Shown: positions 46,562 through 55,941 of the stretch, piece after piece
Position numbering within the stretch: position 1 is the stretch's first letter
Layout: each line of letters opens with the position of its first letter
From: Pseudomonadota bacterium
GTDB taxonomy: Bacteria > Pseudomonadota > Alphaproteobacteria > Sphingomonadales > Sphingomonadaceae
Assembly: GCA_046733135.1 (NCBI GenBank)
Contig: JBKPON010000013.1
Span: 1-61,894, forward strand
Length of the DNA: 61,894 nt
Direction of reading: 5' to 3'
The notes under the pieces: generated by a model
What the model was told of the DNA's origin: nothing
Database searches by the model: none
Seen by the model: only the letters and a program-made list of their open reading frames with translations
Program-made: the position numbers and the translations under genes

Positions 46562-47560
46562 ATGGAAAAGCTCCCAGTGCTCGTCACCGGCGGCGCCGGC
46601 TATATTGGCAGCCACGCCGTTCTCGCCCTCATAGACGCTGGATGGAAAGTCGTGGTCGTCGACGATCTGTCGAGCGGAACGCGCGCCGCGGTTCCGGATG
46701 ACGTGCCGTTCTACCACGGCTCGATTGCCGATCGCGCGCTGATCGACGGCATACTCGACGAGCAGAAAATTGGCGCGATCATGCATTTCGCGGGATCGCT
46801 CGTGGTCCCGGAATCGGTCGAGAAGCCGCTCGATTATTATCGCAACAATACGGTCGCGACCCATTCGCTGATCAGCGCCGCGGTCGCCGCCGGCGTGAAG
46901 CACATCCTCTTCTCATCGACGGCGGCAGTCTATGGCGCGCCCAGCCAGGTGCCGATCGCGGAGGATGACTTCAAGGATCCGATCAATCCTTACGGCGCGT
47001 CGAAGCTGATGACCGAAAGGATGCTGGCGGACGCTTCGGCAACCTACCCCTTCAATTATGGCGCCCTGCGCTATTTCAACGTGGCAGGCGCCGATCCGCA
47101 CGGCCGCGTCGGACAGATTGGCAAAGGATCGACGCATCTCATCAAGGTTGCCGTCGAGGCCGCGGTCGGTAAACGGGATCACATATCCGTGTTCGGCACT
47201 GACTATCCGACACCCGACGGTACCTGCATTCGCGACTATATCCACGTCAGCGATCTTGCCGCGGCCCATGTCGCGGCGCTCGAATGGCTGGCTGAACATC
47301 CGGGCGAAAATCTCGTCATGAATTGCGGGTACGGTCGGGGTCTTTCGGTTCTCGAAGTCCTGGACGCCGTCGATCGGCGGACAAATCAGCCGCTCAAGCG
47401 CGTGATGGAAGGCCGCAGGGCGGGCGACCCCCCGGAGCTGATCGCGTCCAACGAGCGACTGCTCGCGACTCTCGCTTGGCGGCCGGCCTACGCCGACATC
47501 GACACGATCGTCGACCATGCCCTGGCTTGGGAGCGCAAGCTGGCTTCAAGGGCCTCTTAA
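46562..47560 (+). CDS. galE: UDP-glucose 4-epimerase
   Basis: TGGAGYIGSH, FSSTAAVYG, PYGASK, LRYFNVAGA, DGTCIRDYIHV. Confidence 0.95.
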   Translation: MEKLPVLVTGGAGYIGSHAVLALIDAGWKVVVVDDLSSGTRAAVPDDVPFYHGSIADRALIDGILDEQKIGAIMHFAGSLVVPESVEKPLDYYRNNTVATHSLISAAVAAGVKHILFSSTAAVYGAPSQVPIAEDDFKDPINPYGASKLMTERMLADASATYPFNYGALRYFNVAGADPHGRVGQIGKGSTHLIKVAVEAAVGKRDHISVFGTDYPTPDGTCIRDYIHVSDLAAAHVAALEWLAEHPGENLVMNCGYGRGLSVLEVLDAVDRRTNQPLKRVMEGRRAGDPPELIASNERLLATLAWRPAYADIDTIVDHALAWERKLASRAS

Positions 47561-47572
47561 CGCTTCTTTACC
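47557..47572. promoter_or_regulatory. CtrA-like box
   Basis: TTAA-CGCTTCT-TTACC, one mismatch to TTAA-N7-TTAAC. Confidence 0.55.
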
Positions 47573-47596
47573 CGCAATGGCGCTACGGCGCGTGGG

Positions 47597-48121
47597 ATGC
47601 GCGTCACCTTCCTCCTGGTGGTCATCGCGGCCGCGATTTTCGCGTCGCTCGTCCGTTCAGAAAAGTCGGCCCCGACGTCCGGCGGTGAGGCGGTGCAACA
47701 GACATCCAATACGCCGGAACCAGAATTCTCCCGCGCCTCCGAAAGTGGCGGCCCGCCGGCGGGAGGTCTCGAACTCCGCCGTCAGCCCGACGGCCATTTC
47801 TACGCTGACGTTGAGGTCAACGGCGCCATGCTCCACATGCTGGTGGATACCGGAGCGAGTGAAATCGCACTCTCCCGGGAAGATGCGCGAAATGCCCGGC
47901 TCGCAACCTCGATCGGAATGCAGGATGTGATCGGACGCGGCGCTGACGGCGACGTGCACGGAGAAGTCGCGATCTTGGATCACGTGTCGCTGGGGCAAAA
48001 GACGGTTGAAGGCCTTCCCGCCGTCGTCCTCGATTCCGGAGAGCAGTCGCTGCTCGGTCAAAGCTTTCTCAGCAAATTCGACCATGTCGAGATCGAAGGC
48101 GACAAAATGGTTCTTCGGTGA
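47597..48121 (+). CDS. Clan AA aspartic protease (TIGR02281-type)
   Basis: N-terminal TM; DGHFY, LVDTGAS, SLLGQSFL. Confidence 0.9.
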   Translation: MRVTFLLVVIAAAIFASLVRSEKSAPTSGGEAVQQTSNTPEPEFSRASESGGPPAGGLELRRQPDGHFYADVEVNGAMLHMLVDTGASEIALSREDARNARLATSIGMQDVIGRGADGDVHGEVAILDHVSLGQKTVEGLPAVVLDSGEQSLLGQSFLSKFDHVEIEGDKMVLR

Positions 48122-48235
48122 CGGCTCGACCTTCGTACGTCAGCTTGACTTCCGCGATCCGTCTATCTAGGTGAGCCGCCGGTTTTCGGACCTTTCCAAC
48201 AACGGTACAGCATCGAACGAGGCAGGCGCCCGGCC

Positions 48236-48361
48236 ATGAAGATTCGCAATTCGCTAAAGTCGCTGAAGTCGCGCCATCGGGACTGCCGAGTCATCCGTCG
48301 CCGCGGGCGGACTTACGTCATCAACAAGACGAACCGCCGGTTCAAGGCGCGGCAGGGCTAG
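48236..48361 (+). CDS. rpmJ: 50S ribosomal protein L36, type B
   Basis: Below the ORF cutoff; [41 protein letters not shown]. Confidence 0.97.
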   Translation: MKIRNSLKSLKSRHRDCRVIRRRGRTYVINKTNRRFKARQG

Positions 48362-48387
48362 ACCTGCTCGATGGGCCCGGTCGATCG

Positions 48388-50121
48388 ATGAACCGGGCGG
48401 CAGAAAGCGGCATCGCCGCCCTGCTCCGCGATTATCGAACATTTGCCGGTGCGCGCCTTTGGCTCGCGCTCGGACTGATGTTGCTGGGCTCCGTTGCGGA
48501 GGGGTTCGGACTGCTCCTGATCGTCCCGATCGCCTCTATTGCGATGGGCGGCGGAGCCAACCTTCCCTCAGCAATCTCCGGCTGGACCGAGATCCTCGCC
48601 AAGCAGCAACACCTCGGTCTCGCGCTCGCGCTCTTCGTCGGGGCGATGGCGGCACGCGCGGGACTCCTTTACGCGCGGGACATACTGCTCACGCGCTTGG
48701 AGACCGGCTACGAAGCATCGCTTCGGCTTCGGGCGGCCGCGACACTCGCAGAGCGCGGCTGGGCATTCGCGAGCCGGGTCGGCCAGGCGGGGATGCAGTC
48801 GCTGCTCCTCTACGACGTTCCGCGCGCGGGAGCGGCCACATCCTACGTCCAGCAGCTCGCGATCTCGGCCGTCATGCTCGTTGTCCAACTCGCCCTGGCT
48901 GCGATCCTCTCGCCCGCGCTTACCGCCGTGGCGTTCGGCATCGTCGTCGCAGGGTTGCTGGCCTCAATCGGCTGGACACGGCGCGGCGTAAGAAGCGGAC
49001 TTGCGCTCGTTGAGAGGGCCGAGGGGAGCACCAGCTCAGGGTTTCGCATGCACGCCGGACTCAAGGCCGCACTCGCGCAGGGCACGGTGGCGCAATTCCT
49101 CGGCGAGTACAGGTTAAGCCTCGACCTCGCTACGCGAGAGGCGGTGGGTTTCGTCTCAGATTTGGCGCGAGCGCGGTCGCTCGGTTTTCTGGGGAGCGCG
49201 CTGGCCGCAGCAGTGCTTCTATTCGTCGGCGTGCGCCTCCTCGCGCTGCCGCTTCCAGTGCTCATCGCCGCGCTGGTCCTGTTCGCGCGTATGAGCGGGC
49301 CCGTCCAATCGCTGCAGCAGGCGGCGCAGAACATTGCCGCCTATGCACCCGCGTTCGGGGCGATCGAGCGCCGCGTTGATGGGCTGGCCAAGGGGACAGC
49401 AACGGAGCCCGGAAGCGCTCCACGCCTCGACTGGCAGCAGCTCGACGTCGAGCGGGCGTGCTTCATGCATGCGCCGGGTCTCGGAATCGCGTTCGCCACG
49501 ATGCGCCTCATGCGGGGCCAATGGCTCGGGATCTCCGGCGCGTCCGGCGGAGGCAAGACGACCTTGGTGGATTTGATTGCCGGCCTCCTCGCTCCGCAAG
49601 AAGGCCGAATCTCGGTCGACGCGCGTAGCCTCGAAGGCAATACGCTAGAGCGGTGGCGTGGGGGTCTGGCCTATGTGGGTCAGGAAGGATCGGTGTTCGA
49701 CGACAGCGTACGGGGCAATCTGTTGGCGGAAGGAGCGTCGGTTGATGAAGCGAGGCTCTGGGCGGTTCTCGATACGGTTGGGCTGGAGCCCCGTATCCGG
49801 GCGTTGGCGAACGGACTCGACGAACGGGTCGGCGACCGCGGCAGCGCCCTATCGGGCGGCGAACGGCAACGGCTCGCGATCGCTCGCGCGCTGCTCCGCC
49901 GACCTTCGCTCCTCATTCTTGACGAAGCCACCTCCGCGCTCGATTCAGATAGCGAAACGGCATTGATCGACCGGCTGCAGGCGCTCGATCCGCGCCCGGC
50001 CGCGCTTGTCGTTGCGCATCGGGCCTCAACCCTCGCCCATTGCGATTCGGTGGTGACGATCCAACATGGGTCAGTGCAGGAATGTGTCGACACCAACGTC
50101 GGGGGCGACAAGCCGCCGTAA
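48388..50121 (+). CDS. ABC exporter, fused permease/ATPase
   Basis: About six TM then GASGGGKT, LSGGERQR, ILDEATSALD, VAHR. Confidence 0.9.
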   Translation: MNRAAESGIAALLRDYRTFAGARLWLALGLMLLGSVAEGFGLLLIVPIASIAMGGGANLPSAISGWTEILAKQQHLGLALALFVGAMAARAGLLYARDILLTRLETGYEASLRLRAAATLAERGWAFASRVGQAGMQSLLLYDVPRAGAATSYVQQLAISAVMLVVQLALAAILSPALTAVAFGIVVAGLLASIGWTRRGVRSGLALVERAEGSTSSGFRMHAGLKAALAQGTVAQFLGEYRLSLDLATREAVGFVSDLARARSLGFLGSALAAAVLLFVGVRLLALPLPVLIAALVLFARMSGPVQSLQQAAQNIAAYAPAFGAIERRVDGLAKGTATEPGSAPRLDWQQLDVERACFMHAPGLGIAFATMRLMRGQWLGISGASGGGKTTLVDLIAGLLAPQEGRISVDARSLEGNTLERWRGGLAYVGQEGSVFDDSVRGNLLAEGASVDEARLWAVLDTVGLEPRIRALANGLDERVGDRGSALSGGERQRLAIARALLRRPSLLILDEATSALDSDSETALIDRLQALDPRPAALVVAHRASTLAHCDSVVTIQHGSVQECVDTNVGGDKPP

Positions 50122-50133
50122 GGGCGGGTTAAC
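50118..50133. promoter_or_regulatory. CtrA-like box
   Basis: GTAA-GGGCGGG-TTAAC upstream of a small secreted protein. Confidence 0.5.
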
Positions 50134-50173
50134 ATGGGTTGCAGTAGCAGGAACCATGAGGAGAAGTGCGATC

Positions 50174-50458
50174 ATGCTGGCAGGAAGGATGCTGCTATTC
50201 GGCGGCGCGGCATTCGTCGCGGCGGCTCTCTGCACGACTTCCGCGACTGCACAGGATCAGCAGGGTCAGCTGGATCAGAAGACGCCGAAGAGCTTCTCCT
50301 ACGAAATCCGGGACGGCAAGCGCGTGCCCAAGGGCAATCGGGTCACCAATGCCGACGGGAGCTGGCGCGAAACGGTCCGTCAGGGCAATTGCGTGACGGT
50401 CAAGGAGAAGTCAGCGGGTGGCGAGTATAAAGAGACCCGCCAATGCAATCCCAATTGA
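50174..50458 (+). CDS. Small secreted hypothetical protein
   Basis: GAGGAG RBS; signal peptide; beta-rich mature part with two Cys. Confidence 0.65.
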   Translation: MLAGRMLLFGGAAFVAAALCTTSATAQDQQGQLDQKTPKSFSYEIRDGKRVPKGNRVTNADGSWRETVRQGNCVTVKEKSAGGEYKETRQCNPN

Positions 50459-50461
50459 CGC

Positions 50462-50875
50462 TTATTTCGCTTCCCTGAAGCTGCCTTTCGGGCGCTGCTT
50501 GATCACGCATTCGGGAAGGCCGGATCCAGGCACGTCCTTGCAATCGCGGACTTGGGCGCTGCCGTCAGGCCCGGCGAAGACCGCCCAGTCGCGCTTCTGC
50601 TTTCCGTCGGTGCAGCGGGCGACCCACATGTCGAGATTCTGATATTCAGCAACAAATCCCGCGTCAGTGATCGTCTTACAACTGTAACCGGCGTCATAGA
50701 TCGCGCGCTTGAGGCCGATCGCGAGGTTCAGGGCGTCGAGCTTGTGCAGCTGGTTCTGCTCGGCGCCGCGCACTTTGATCGTCCGCATCTTCGTTTGGGC
50801 CTGCTGGTTCTGCGAATTGTCGCATGCGACGAGCGCCAGCGCGCAAATCAATGCCGCCTTGAGCTTTAGAGCCAT
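50462..50875 (-). CDS. Hypothetical lipoprotein
   Basis: GGAGGAGG RBS; lipobox LVAC; four further Cys. Confidence 0.8.
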   Translation of the reverse strand: MALKLKAALICALALVACDNSQNQQAQTKMRTIKVRGAEQNQLHKLDALNLAIGLKRAIYDAGYSCKTITDAGFVAEYQNLDMWVARCTDGKQKRDWAVFAGPDGSAQVRDCKDVPGSGLPECVIKQRPKGSFREAK

Positions 50876-50885
50876 GGCCTCCTCC

Positions 50886-52058
50886 TTATTCGTGATAACG
50901 AATCTGAATGCGTGCGGCTGCGGCCTTCGCGCGCTCGACAGCTTCATCGGCATTTTCGCCGCGGGCGAGCGCAACCCCCATGCGGCGATTCTTGAGCGTG
51001 TTAGGCTTGGCGAAGATCCTGAGGTCGACCGGCGATCCGGGAGCGCCCACCGCAAGCGCCTCGGCGATGCCCTCATAGCCGAATCTATCGCTCTCCTGAT
51101 CGGCGAGGATCACCGCGGACGCCGACGGGCCGACCAGTTCGATCGACGGGATTGGCAGCTCGAGGATCGCCCGCAGGTGCAGCTCGAACTCGTTGGGAAA
51201 CTGCGAGATCAATGTGACCATGCCCGTATCGTGTGGCCGTGGCGAAAGCTCGGAAAAGATCGCCTGCTCGCCGCGGATGAAAAATTCGACGCCGAAGATA
51301 CCGTAACCGCCCAGCGCCTCCACAACCTTACGCGCCTGATGTCGGGCGGAAAAAAGCGCACCTTCGGAGAGTGACGCGGGCTGCCAACTTTCGCGATAGT
51401 CCCCCGCTTCCTGTCGATGGCCCACGGGTGGGCAGAACAAAACGCCGTCCTTCGTCGCGACCGTAAGCAGCGTGATCTCGGTGTCGAAGTCGATGAATTC
51501 CTCAACGATGATATGCGGGCGGTCGCCGCGCATCCTCTCGACGGCATAGTCCCAGGCGGCGCCGACGTCCTCATTCGTCTTGGCGGTGCTCTGCCCCTTT
51601 CCTGAGCTCGACATCACCGGCTTGACGACGCACGGCAGGCCCACTTCGGCGGCCGCCGCAATGGCTTCGTCGCGGTTCTCGGCGAAGCGATACTTGGACG
51701 TGACGAGGCCGAGTTCGCGAGCTGCGAATTCGCGGATTCCGTCGCGGTTCATCGTCAATTGCACGGCATTGGCGGACGGCGCGACGCGCCAACCTTCGCG
51801 CTCCAGTTCGGCGAGCGTCGCCGTGTCGATCGCCTCGATCTCGGGCACGATCACATCCGGGCGGTGTTTTTCGACGGCGGCGCGAAGCGCTGGGCCATCA
51901 AGCATCGGAAACACCTCGAAGGCGTCGGCGAGCTGCATCGCCGGCGCGTTGGCGTAACGGTCGCAGGCGATCACTCGACAGCCGAGGCGCTTCGCGGCGA
52001 TGGCGAATTCGCGGCCAAGTTCGCCGGAGCCAAGCAGCATTAAAGTGGCAAGATACAT
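50886..52058 (-). CDS. purT: Formate-dependent phosphoribosylglycinamide formyltransferase
   Basis: LLGSGELG, PEIEAI, KPVMSSSGKGQS, GDYRESWQP, SPRPHDTG, RRMGVAL. Confidence 0.96.
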   Translation of the reverse strand: MYLATLMLLGSGELGREFAIAAKRLGCRVIACDRYANAPAMQLADAFEVFPMLDGPALRAAVEKHRPDVIVPEIEAIDTATLAELEREGWRVAPSANAVQLTMNRDGIREFAARELGLVTSKYRFAENRDEAIAAAAEVGLPCVVKPVMSSSGKGQSTAKTNEDVGAAWDYAVERMRGDRPHIIVEEFIDFDTEITLLTVATKDGVLFCPPVGHRQEAGDYRESWQPASLSEGALFSARHQARKVVEALGGYGIFGVEFFIRGEQAIFSELSPRPHDTGMVTLISQFPNEFELHLRAILELPIPSIELVGPSASAVILADQESDRFGYEGIAEALAVGAPGSPVDLRIFAKPNTLKNRRMGVALARGENADEAVERAKAAAARIQIRYHE

Positions 52059-52119
52059 GGCTCGGCGATAGCGGGGCGGACTTTGCTCGGCTAGACCAGC
52101 GGATCATCGGGAGGATCGG

Positions 52120-53007
52120 ATGCGTTTACCTGTGCTGCTTGCGGCCACGGCGCTAATTGTCGGGGCCGCGCCGGCGAAGAAGCCACTCACGCCGAACGAC
52201 GTGGTTGCGAATGCACCCGCCAGCGCTTGGCGGGCGATCGACCCCGACGACCTGCTGGTCATGGATCTGCGGAATGGTGGTCGCGTCGTCGTGCAATTAG
52301 CGCCCGAGTTCGCTCCAGTGCACGTCGCCAACATCAAGGCGCTCGCAAAATCGAGCTATTGGGATGGAGCGACCATCTATCGGGTCCAGGACAATTATGT
52401 CGCGCAATGGGGCCTCAACGAAAGCGACAAACCATGGCCCGAAGGAGTCACGCCCAAGCCGCCAGCCGAATATACCCGCCCGCTGAAGGGGCTGTCGATC
52501 AAGCCGCTCGGCTATGCCGATCCCTACGCTCCGGGCGCGGGCTTCGCCGCGGGTTGGCCGATTGCCTACAGCGCCAAGGGCGGCTGGGCCAACCTGGCCC
52601 ATTGCTACGGCAGCGTCGGTGTGGGCCGCGACCTGTCGCCGGACACGGGAACCGGCGGTGAGCTTTATGCGGTGATCGGTCATGCTCCACGCCACCTCGA
52701 TCGTAACATTGCGGTGGTCGGGCGAGTGATCGAGGGCATCGACAGACTGAGCTCATTGCCGCGCGGAACCGAAGCGCTCGGCTTTTACAAAGAGAAGGCA
52801 CAATATGTGCCGATCGCGAGTATCCGGTTGGCGAGTCAGATTGCGCCAGCGGAGCGGCCAGCGTTCGAATTTATGGACACGGGCAGCCGGACCTTCGCCG
52901 ACTATCTTCGCCTTCGCGCCAACCGGAAGGACGATTTCTACATCCGGCCGGCGGGCGGCGTGGATCTGTGCAACGTCGGCGTGCCGGTGCGGCGCAAGTC
53001 CAGCTAG
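52120..53007 (+). CDS. Exported cyclophilin-type peptidyl-prolyl isomerase
   Basis: Signal peptide; APVHVANI, YRVQDNYVAQWG, PRHLDRN..VVGRVI.G. Confidence 0.85.
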   Translation: MRLPVLLAATALIVGAAPAKKPLTPNDVVANAPASAWRAIDPDDLLVMDLRNGGRVVVQLAPEFAPVHVANIKALAKSSYWDGATIYRVQDNYVAQWGLNESDKPWPEGVTPKPPAEYTRPLKGLSIKPLGYADPYAPGAGFAAGWPIAYSAKGGWANLAHCYGSVGVGRDLSPDTGTGGELYAVIGHAPRHLDRNIAVVGRVIEGIDRLSSLPRGTEALGFYKEKAQYVPIASIRLASQIAPAERPAFEFMDTGSRTFADYLRLRANRKDDFYIRPAGGVDLCNVGVPVRRKSS

Positions 53008-54833
53008 ATCAGGTCGCGTAGCTGCACACTCACGGTCTGCGGCTTGCCCGACCGGAGGATCGATAGCTCGACCGCCGTTCCAGCCGGAAGGCTGCGCAGC
53101 AGCATCCGCGCATCCGACAGCTCCTCGGCATGGGCAGATTTGCCGTTGATTGCCGTAATGACGTCGCCCTTGAGCAACCCGGCCTGCTCCGCGGGTCCCC
53201 CGGGCGACACGTTCACGACCTCAAAACCATTGTCCGCAGCATTCATCCAAATGCCCGAGCGATCGAAGTGGCCCGCGTCGGTAGGCGGCGGATCGAGGGG
53301 CTTTAAATACATGGTCTGACGACTGTAATCGAAGCTGACGACGAAGCGCTTCAGCAGCCCGCTTCCAACATTCCCTTCATAATTGGGATCGCTGATCGAG
53401 CCCCCCTTGTCTTGCGACAGGCCGGCGACGACCGACGACACCTTCACCGAGCCGAATGTCAGTGATGGAACCCGGACCACATAAGAGCGTGAGGCGCCGC
53501 CAACCCCCCAGCCGGTAATCGCATTGATCCCCGGCCGATACCGTTCACGCAAGCGGTTCCGGTTAACGAAGGGACTGGTGAGGTCGATCTCCGCGCGCGA
53601 GCCCGTGTCAATGTCGAAGCGAGCCGGCAGGTCATCGACGAGTCCCCGCACGGCCGGGAGGTGATCGTAGAATTTGAACGGCACTGGGGTGCCCGCTCCG
53701 CGGGGATCGAAAGCAGAGAAATCACTGATGGTCATCGTTTGAGCGCCGTAATCCAGCCGAACTGCAAAGCGCGCAAACAGCTCGAAACCGACCATCCCGT
53801 CGACGGGAATCCCCTCGATCGATCGATCGTAAATATTGGTGACGAAAGCCGGCTGGTCCGTGAGACGCACTGGGCCCAGCTCAATCTCCCGGTAATGGGA
53901 ATAACCGGTAGTCGACTTGCCCTCGCCGGCGCCACTGCTGACCCCGGCTCCAACGACCTTCAGTCCAACCTCGGCAGCGACGCGCGGCGACAACAAGGTG
54001 TGGCCGCCAGTATCGACGATGAAGGTATACGGACCTTGGTCGTTCACCTTTGCCTGGACGTAAATATGGTTGTTGAGCAGCCGGAACGGCAAGGTCACGG
54101 ACTTTACTCCGCCTTCGATGCGTCCGCCGCCTGGCCTCGTCCTCGGCCGTGAGTAGGCGTCGCTCGGGCGACCCGGCCCGAAGCTCGCACGTTTGACGAC
54201 CATCTTCTGCACGTCGCCATCGACGTCGATCGTGCGTTTGTAGGCGATCATCGCTCCGTCGACCCGGCGATAATCGCCGTAAAGCGTTTGGGTCTTCAGA
54301 AATTGCTGCGGCTCGGCCGTCCGGACGAGCAAATGATTGGCCGCGTCAAACCAGGCTTCGAACCGGTGGCCCCCGCGCGGGATGACCGCGAGATGATCCG
54401 CCGGACGCCCGTCGAGGGTCTCGCGGCCGATATAGAGGATCCTGGCTCCGCCGCGATCGCGTCGCCACCAGGTATTGGCGTTGCGATAGGCTTCATTGAC
54501 CGCGACCGGAACGCGGTCGCCTTCCTCCTGATCGGTGCTGACCCCGGATACTTCCGTCTGCCAGGGAATGCGCCCGTCGTAACCGTTGGCGCCGGTGATC
54601 ACCGACAAGTCGTAGCCATCGACAAATGCTCCGGTCGCCAAATCGCCGACATGGCTGGAGCTCCCGGTGAGGCCGCTGGTGTCTAGCGTATAATCGAGCT
54701 CGAGCGTGCCGCTGGCGGGCATTGTCCCGACGGCAGTCCGATTCGCAGCGAGCACGCTCTCGACCCTGCTTTCCCCGCTTGCGGTGGCTACCGAAGATAG
54801 CGCCGCCGCGACCAAGCCAATCGAACTTCTCAT
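53004..54833 (-). CDS. Secreted two-domain clan AA aspartic protease with C-terminal PDZ
   Basis: Signal peptide from ATG 54833; FIVDTGG and FDIDTGS; PDZ GGPAEQAGL.KGDVI.AING. Confidence 0.85.
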   Translation of the reverse strand: MRSSIGLVAAALSSVATASGESRVESVLAANRTAVGTMPASGTLELDYTLDTSGLTGSSSHVGDLATGAFVDGYDLSVITGANGYDGRIPWQTEVSGVSTDQEEGDRVPVAVNEAYRNANTWWRRDRGGARILYIGRETLDGRPADHLAVIPRGGHRFEAWFDAANHLLVRTAEPQQFLKTQTLYGDYRRVDGAMIAYKRTIDVDGDVQKMVVKRASFGPGRPSDAYSRPRTRPGGGRIEGGVKSVTLPFRLLNNHIYVQAKVNDQGPYTFIVDTGGHTLLSPRVAAEVGLKVVGAGVSSGAGEGKSTTGYSHYREIELGPVRLTDQPAFVTNIYDRSIEGIPVDGMVGFELFARFAVRLDYGAQTMTISDFSAFDPRGAGTPVPFKFYDHLPAVRGLVDDLPARFDIDTGSRAEIDLTSPFVNRNRLRERYRPGINAITGWGVGGASRSYVVRVPSLTFGSVKVSSVVAGLSQDKGGSISDPNYEGNVGSGLLKRFVVSFDYSRQTMYLKPLDPPPTDAGHFDRSGIWMNAADNGFEVVNVSPGGPAEQAGLLKGDVITAINGKSAHAEELSDARMLLRSLPAGTAVELSILRSGKPQTVSVQLRDLI

Positions 54834-54937
54834 CGAACCACCATTGTCTGTTCCGCTGGCCGCTCCTACCGCTGCGGCGGATGCCCGGTCTTGAACGCAA
54901 TTCACATGACCCCTTCCGTTGCGCGCCGCCCGGCCGG

Positions 54938-55591
54938 ATGCGCCACGCGCCGTGCGAGTCCCTGTCGCGCCACTGTCATCGCGAAGCGTTCGCGACCGTC
55001 GTGCTGGCGGGCGGCTATGACGAAGCGGGCGACACCGGCCGCCACCGGGTTCGCGCCGGCGACGTGATTTTCCACCGCGCGTTCGAAAGCCATCTCGACC
55101 GCTTCTACCGACCTGGCGCGGAAGTCCTGGTGATTCCGATTCCGGACCGCTGGGCCGGGCCGACGCTCGGGTCGGTTGCCGATCCCGATGCGATCGTTCG
55201 CGCCGGCGAGAAGAGTTCCGCCGAGGCGCTCCAAATGCTGGTCGATGGATTCTCTGTTCGCGCGACCGAAACGCATGACTGGGCCGATGCACTCGCCGAG
55301 GCGCTGCGCGCCGACCCGGCGCTGTCGCTGGAACAATGGGCCGAAGGCGCGGGCTTGCACCCGGGGAGTGTGAGTCGAGGCTTCGCCCGCGTGTTTGGGA
55401 TGAGCGCGGCCGCTTACCGCCTCGTGCAACGTACACGCCGCGCCATCGATGCCCTGCTGCACACTGAGGTGCCGCTCAGCCGGCTGGCAATCGATTGCGG
55501 CTTTGCCGACCAGGCGCACATGACCCGCGCAGTGAGCAGCGTGGCGGGAGTGCCGCCCTCTTTCCTGCGTAATCAGTACAGGCGCGATTAA
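54938..55591 (+). CDS. AraC family regulator
   Basis: Cupin-like sensor (RHCHR, H.AFESH); HTH ending LAIDCGFADQAHMTR; start 54881 or 54938. Confidence 0.85.
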   Translation: MRHAPCESLSRHCHREAFATVVLAGGYDEAGDTGRHRVRAGDVIFHRAFESHLDRFYRPGAEVLVIPIPDRWAGPTLGSVADPDAIVRAGEKSSAEALQMLVDGFSVRATETHDWADALAEALRADPALSLEQWAEGAGLHPGSVSRGFARVFGMSAAAYRLVQRTRRAIDALLHTEVPLSRLAIDCGFADQAHMTRAVSSVAGVPPSFLRNQYRRD

Positions 55592-55644
55592 GCACGACTG
55601 AGCTTAGCAGGACTGTCGCATTTCGCGGCTAGGGTTCGGAACTG

Positions 55645-55860
55645 ATGACCGATTCTCCGTTTCAGGATTATTTCCAAAGGCGCGCCGAAGAAGAGCGCGA
55701 GGCGGCCGAACAGGCTACGGACGAGCGGGCAGCCCATAGTCATCGTGAGCTCGCTGAACATTATCAGCGGCTATCCGGGGACGAGCGACAGAGGATCAGT
55801 GAACCGGAAGAGCCGCCGTATCGGGGCATCCTTCCCAAGGAATTCAGAATTCTTCCATGA
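55645..55860 (+). CDS. Small helical-hairpin protein
   Basis: DYFQRRAEEEREAAEQATDERAAHSHRELAEHY. Confidence 0.75.
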   Translation: MTDSPFQDYFQRRAEEEREAAEQATDERAAHSHRELAEHYQRLSGDERQRISEPEEPPYRGILPKEFRILP

Positions 55861-55941
55861 TCACAAGAATTTGGTTCAGGCTCAGCGACTAAAGCTAGGA
55901 AATATGGCAAAGTCTTCCGCCGACCGGCGGTAACTACCCGG

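Noticed and set aside
48236-50458. Lasso peptide cluster around the ABC exporter
   Set aside because: No cyclase, B protein or precursor seen; the short upstream ORF is L36
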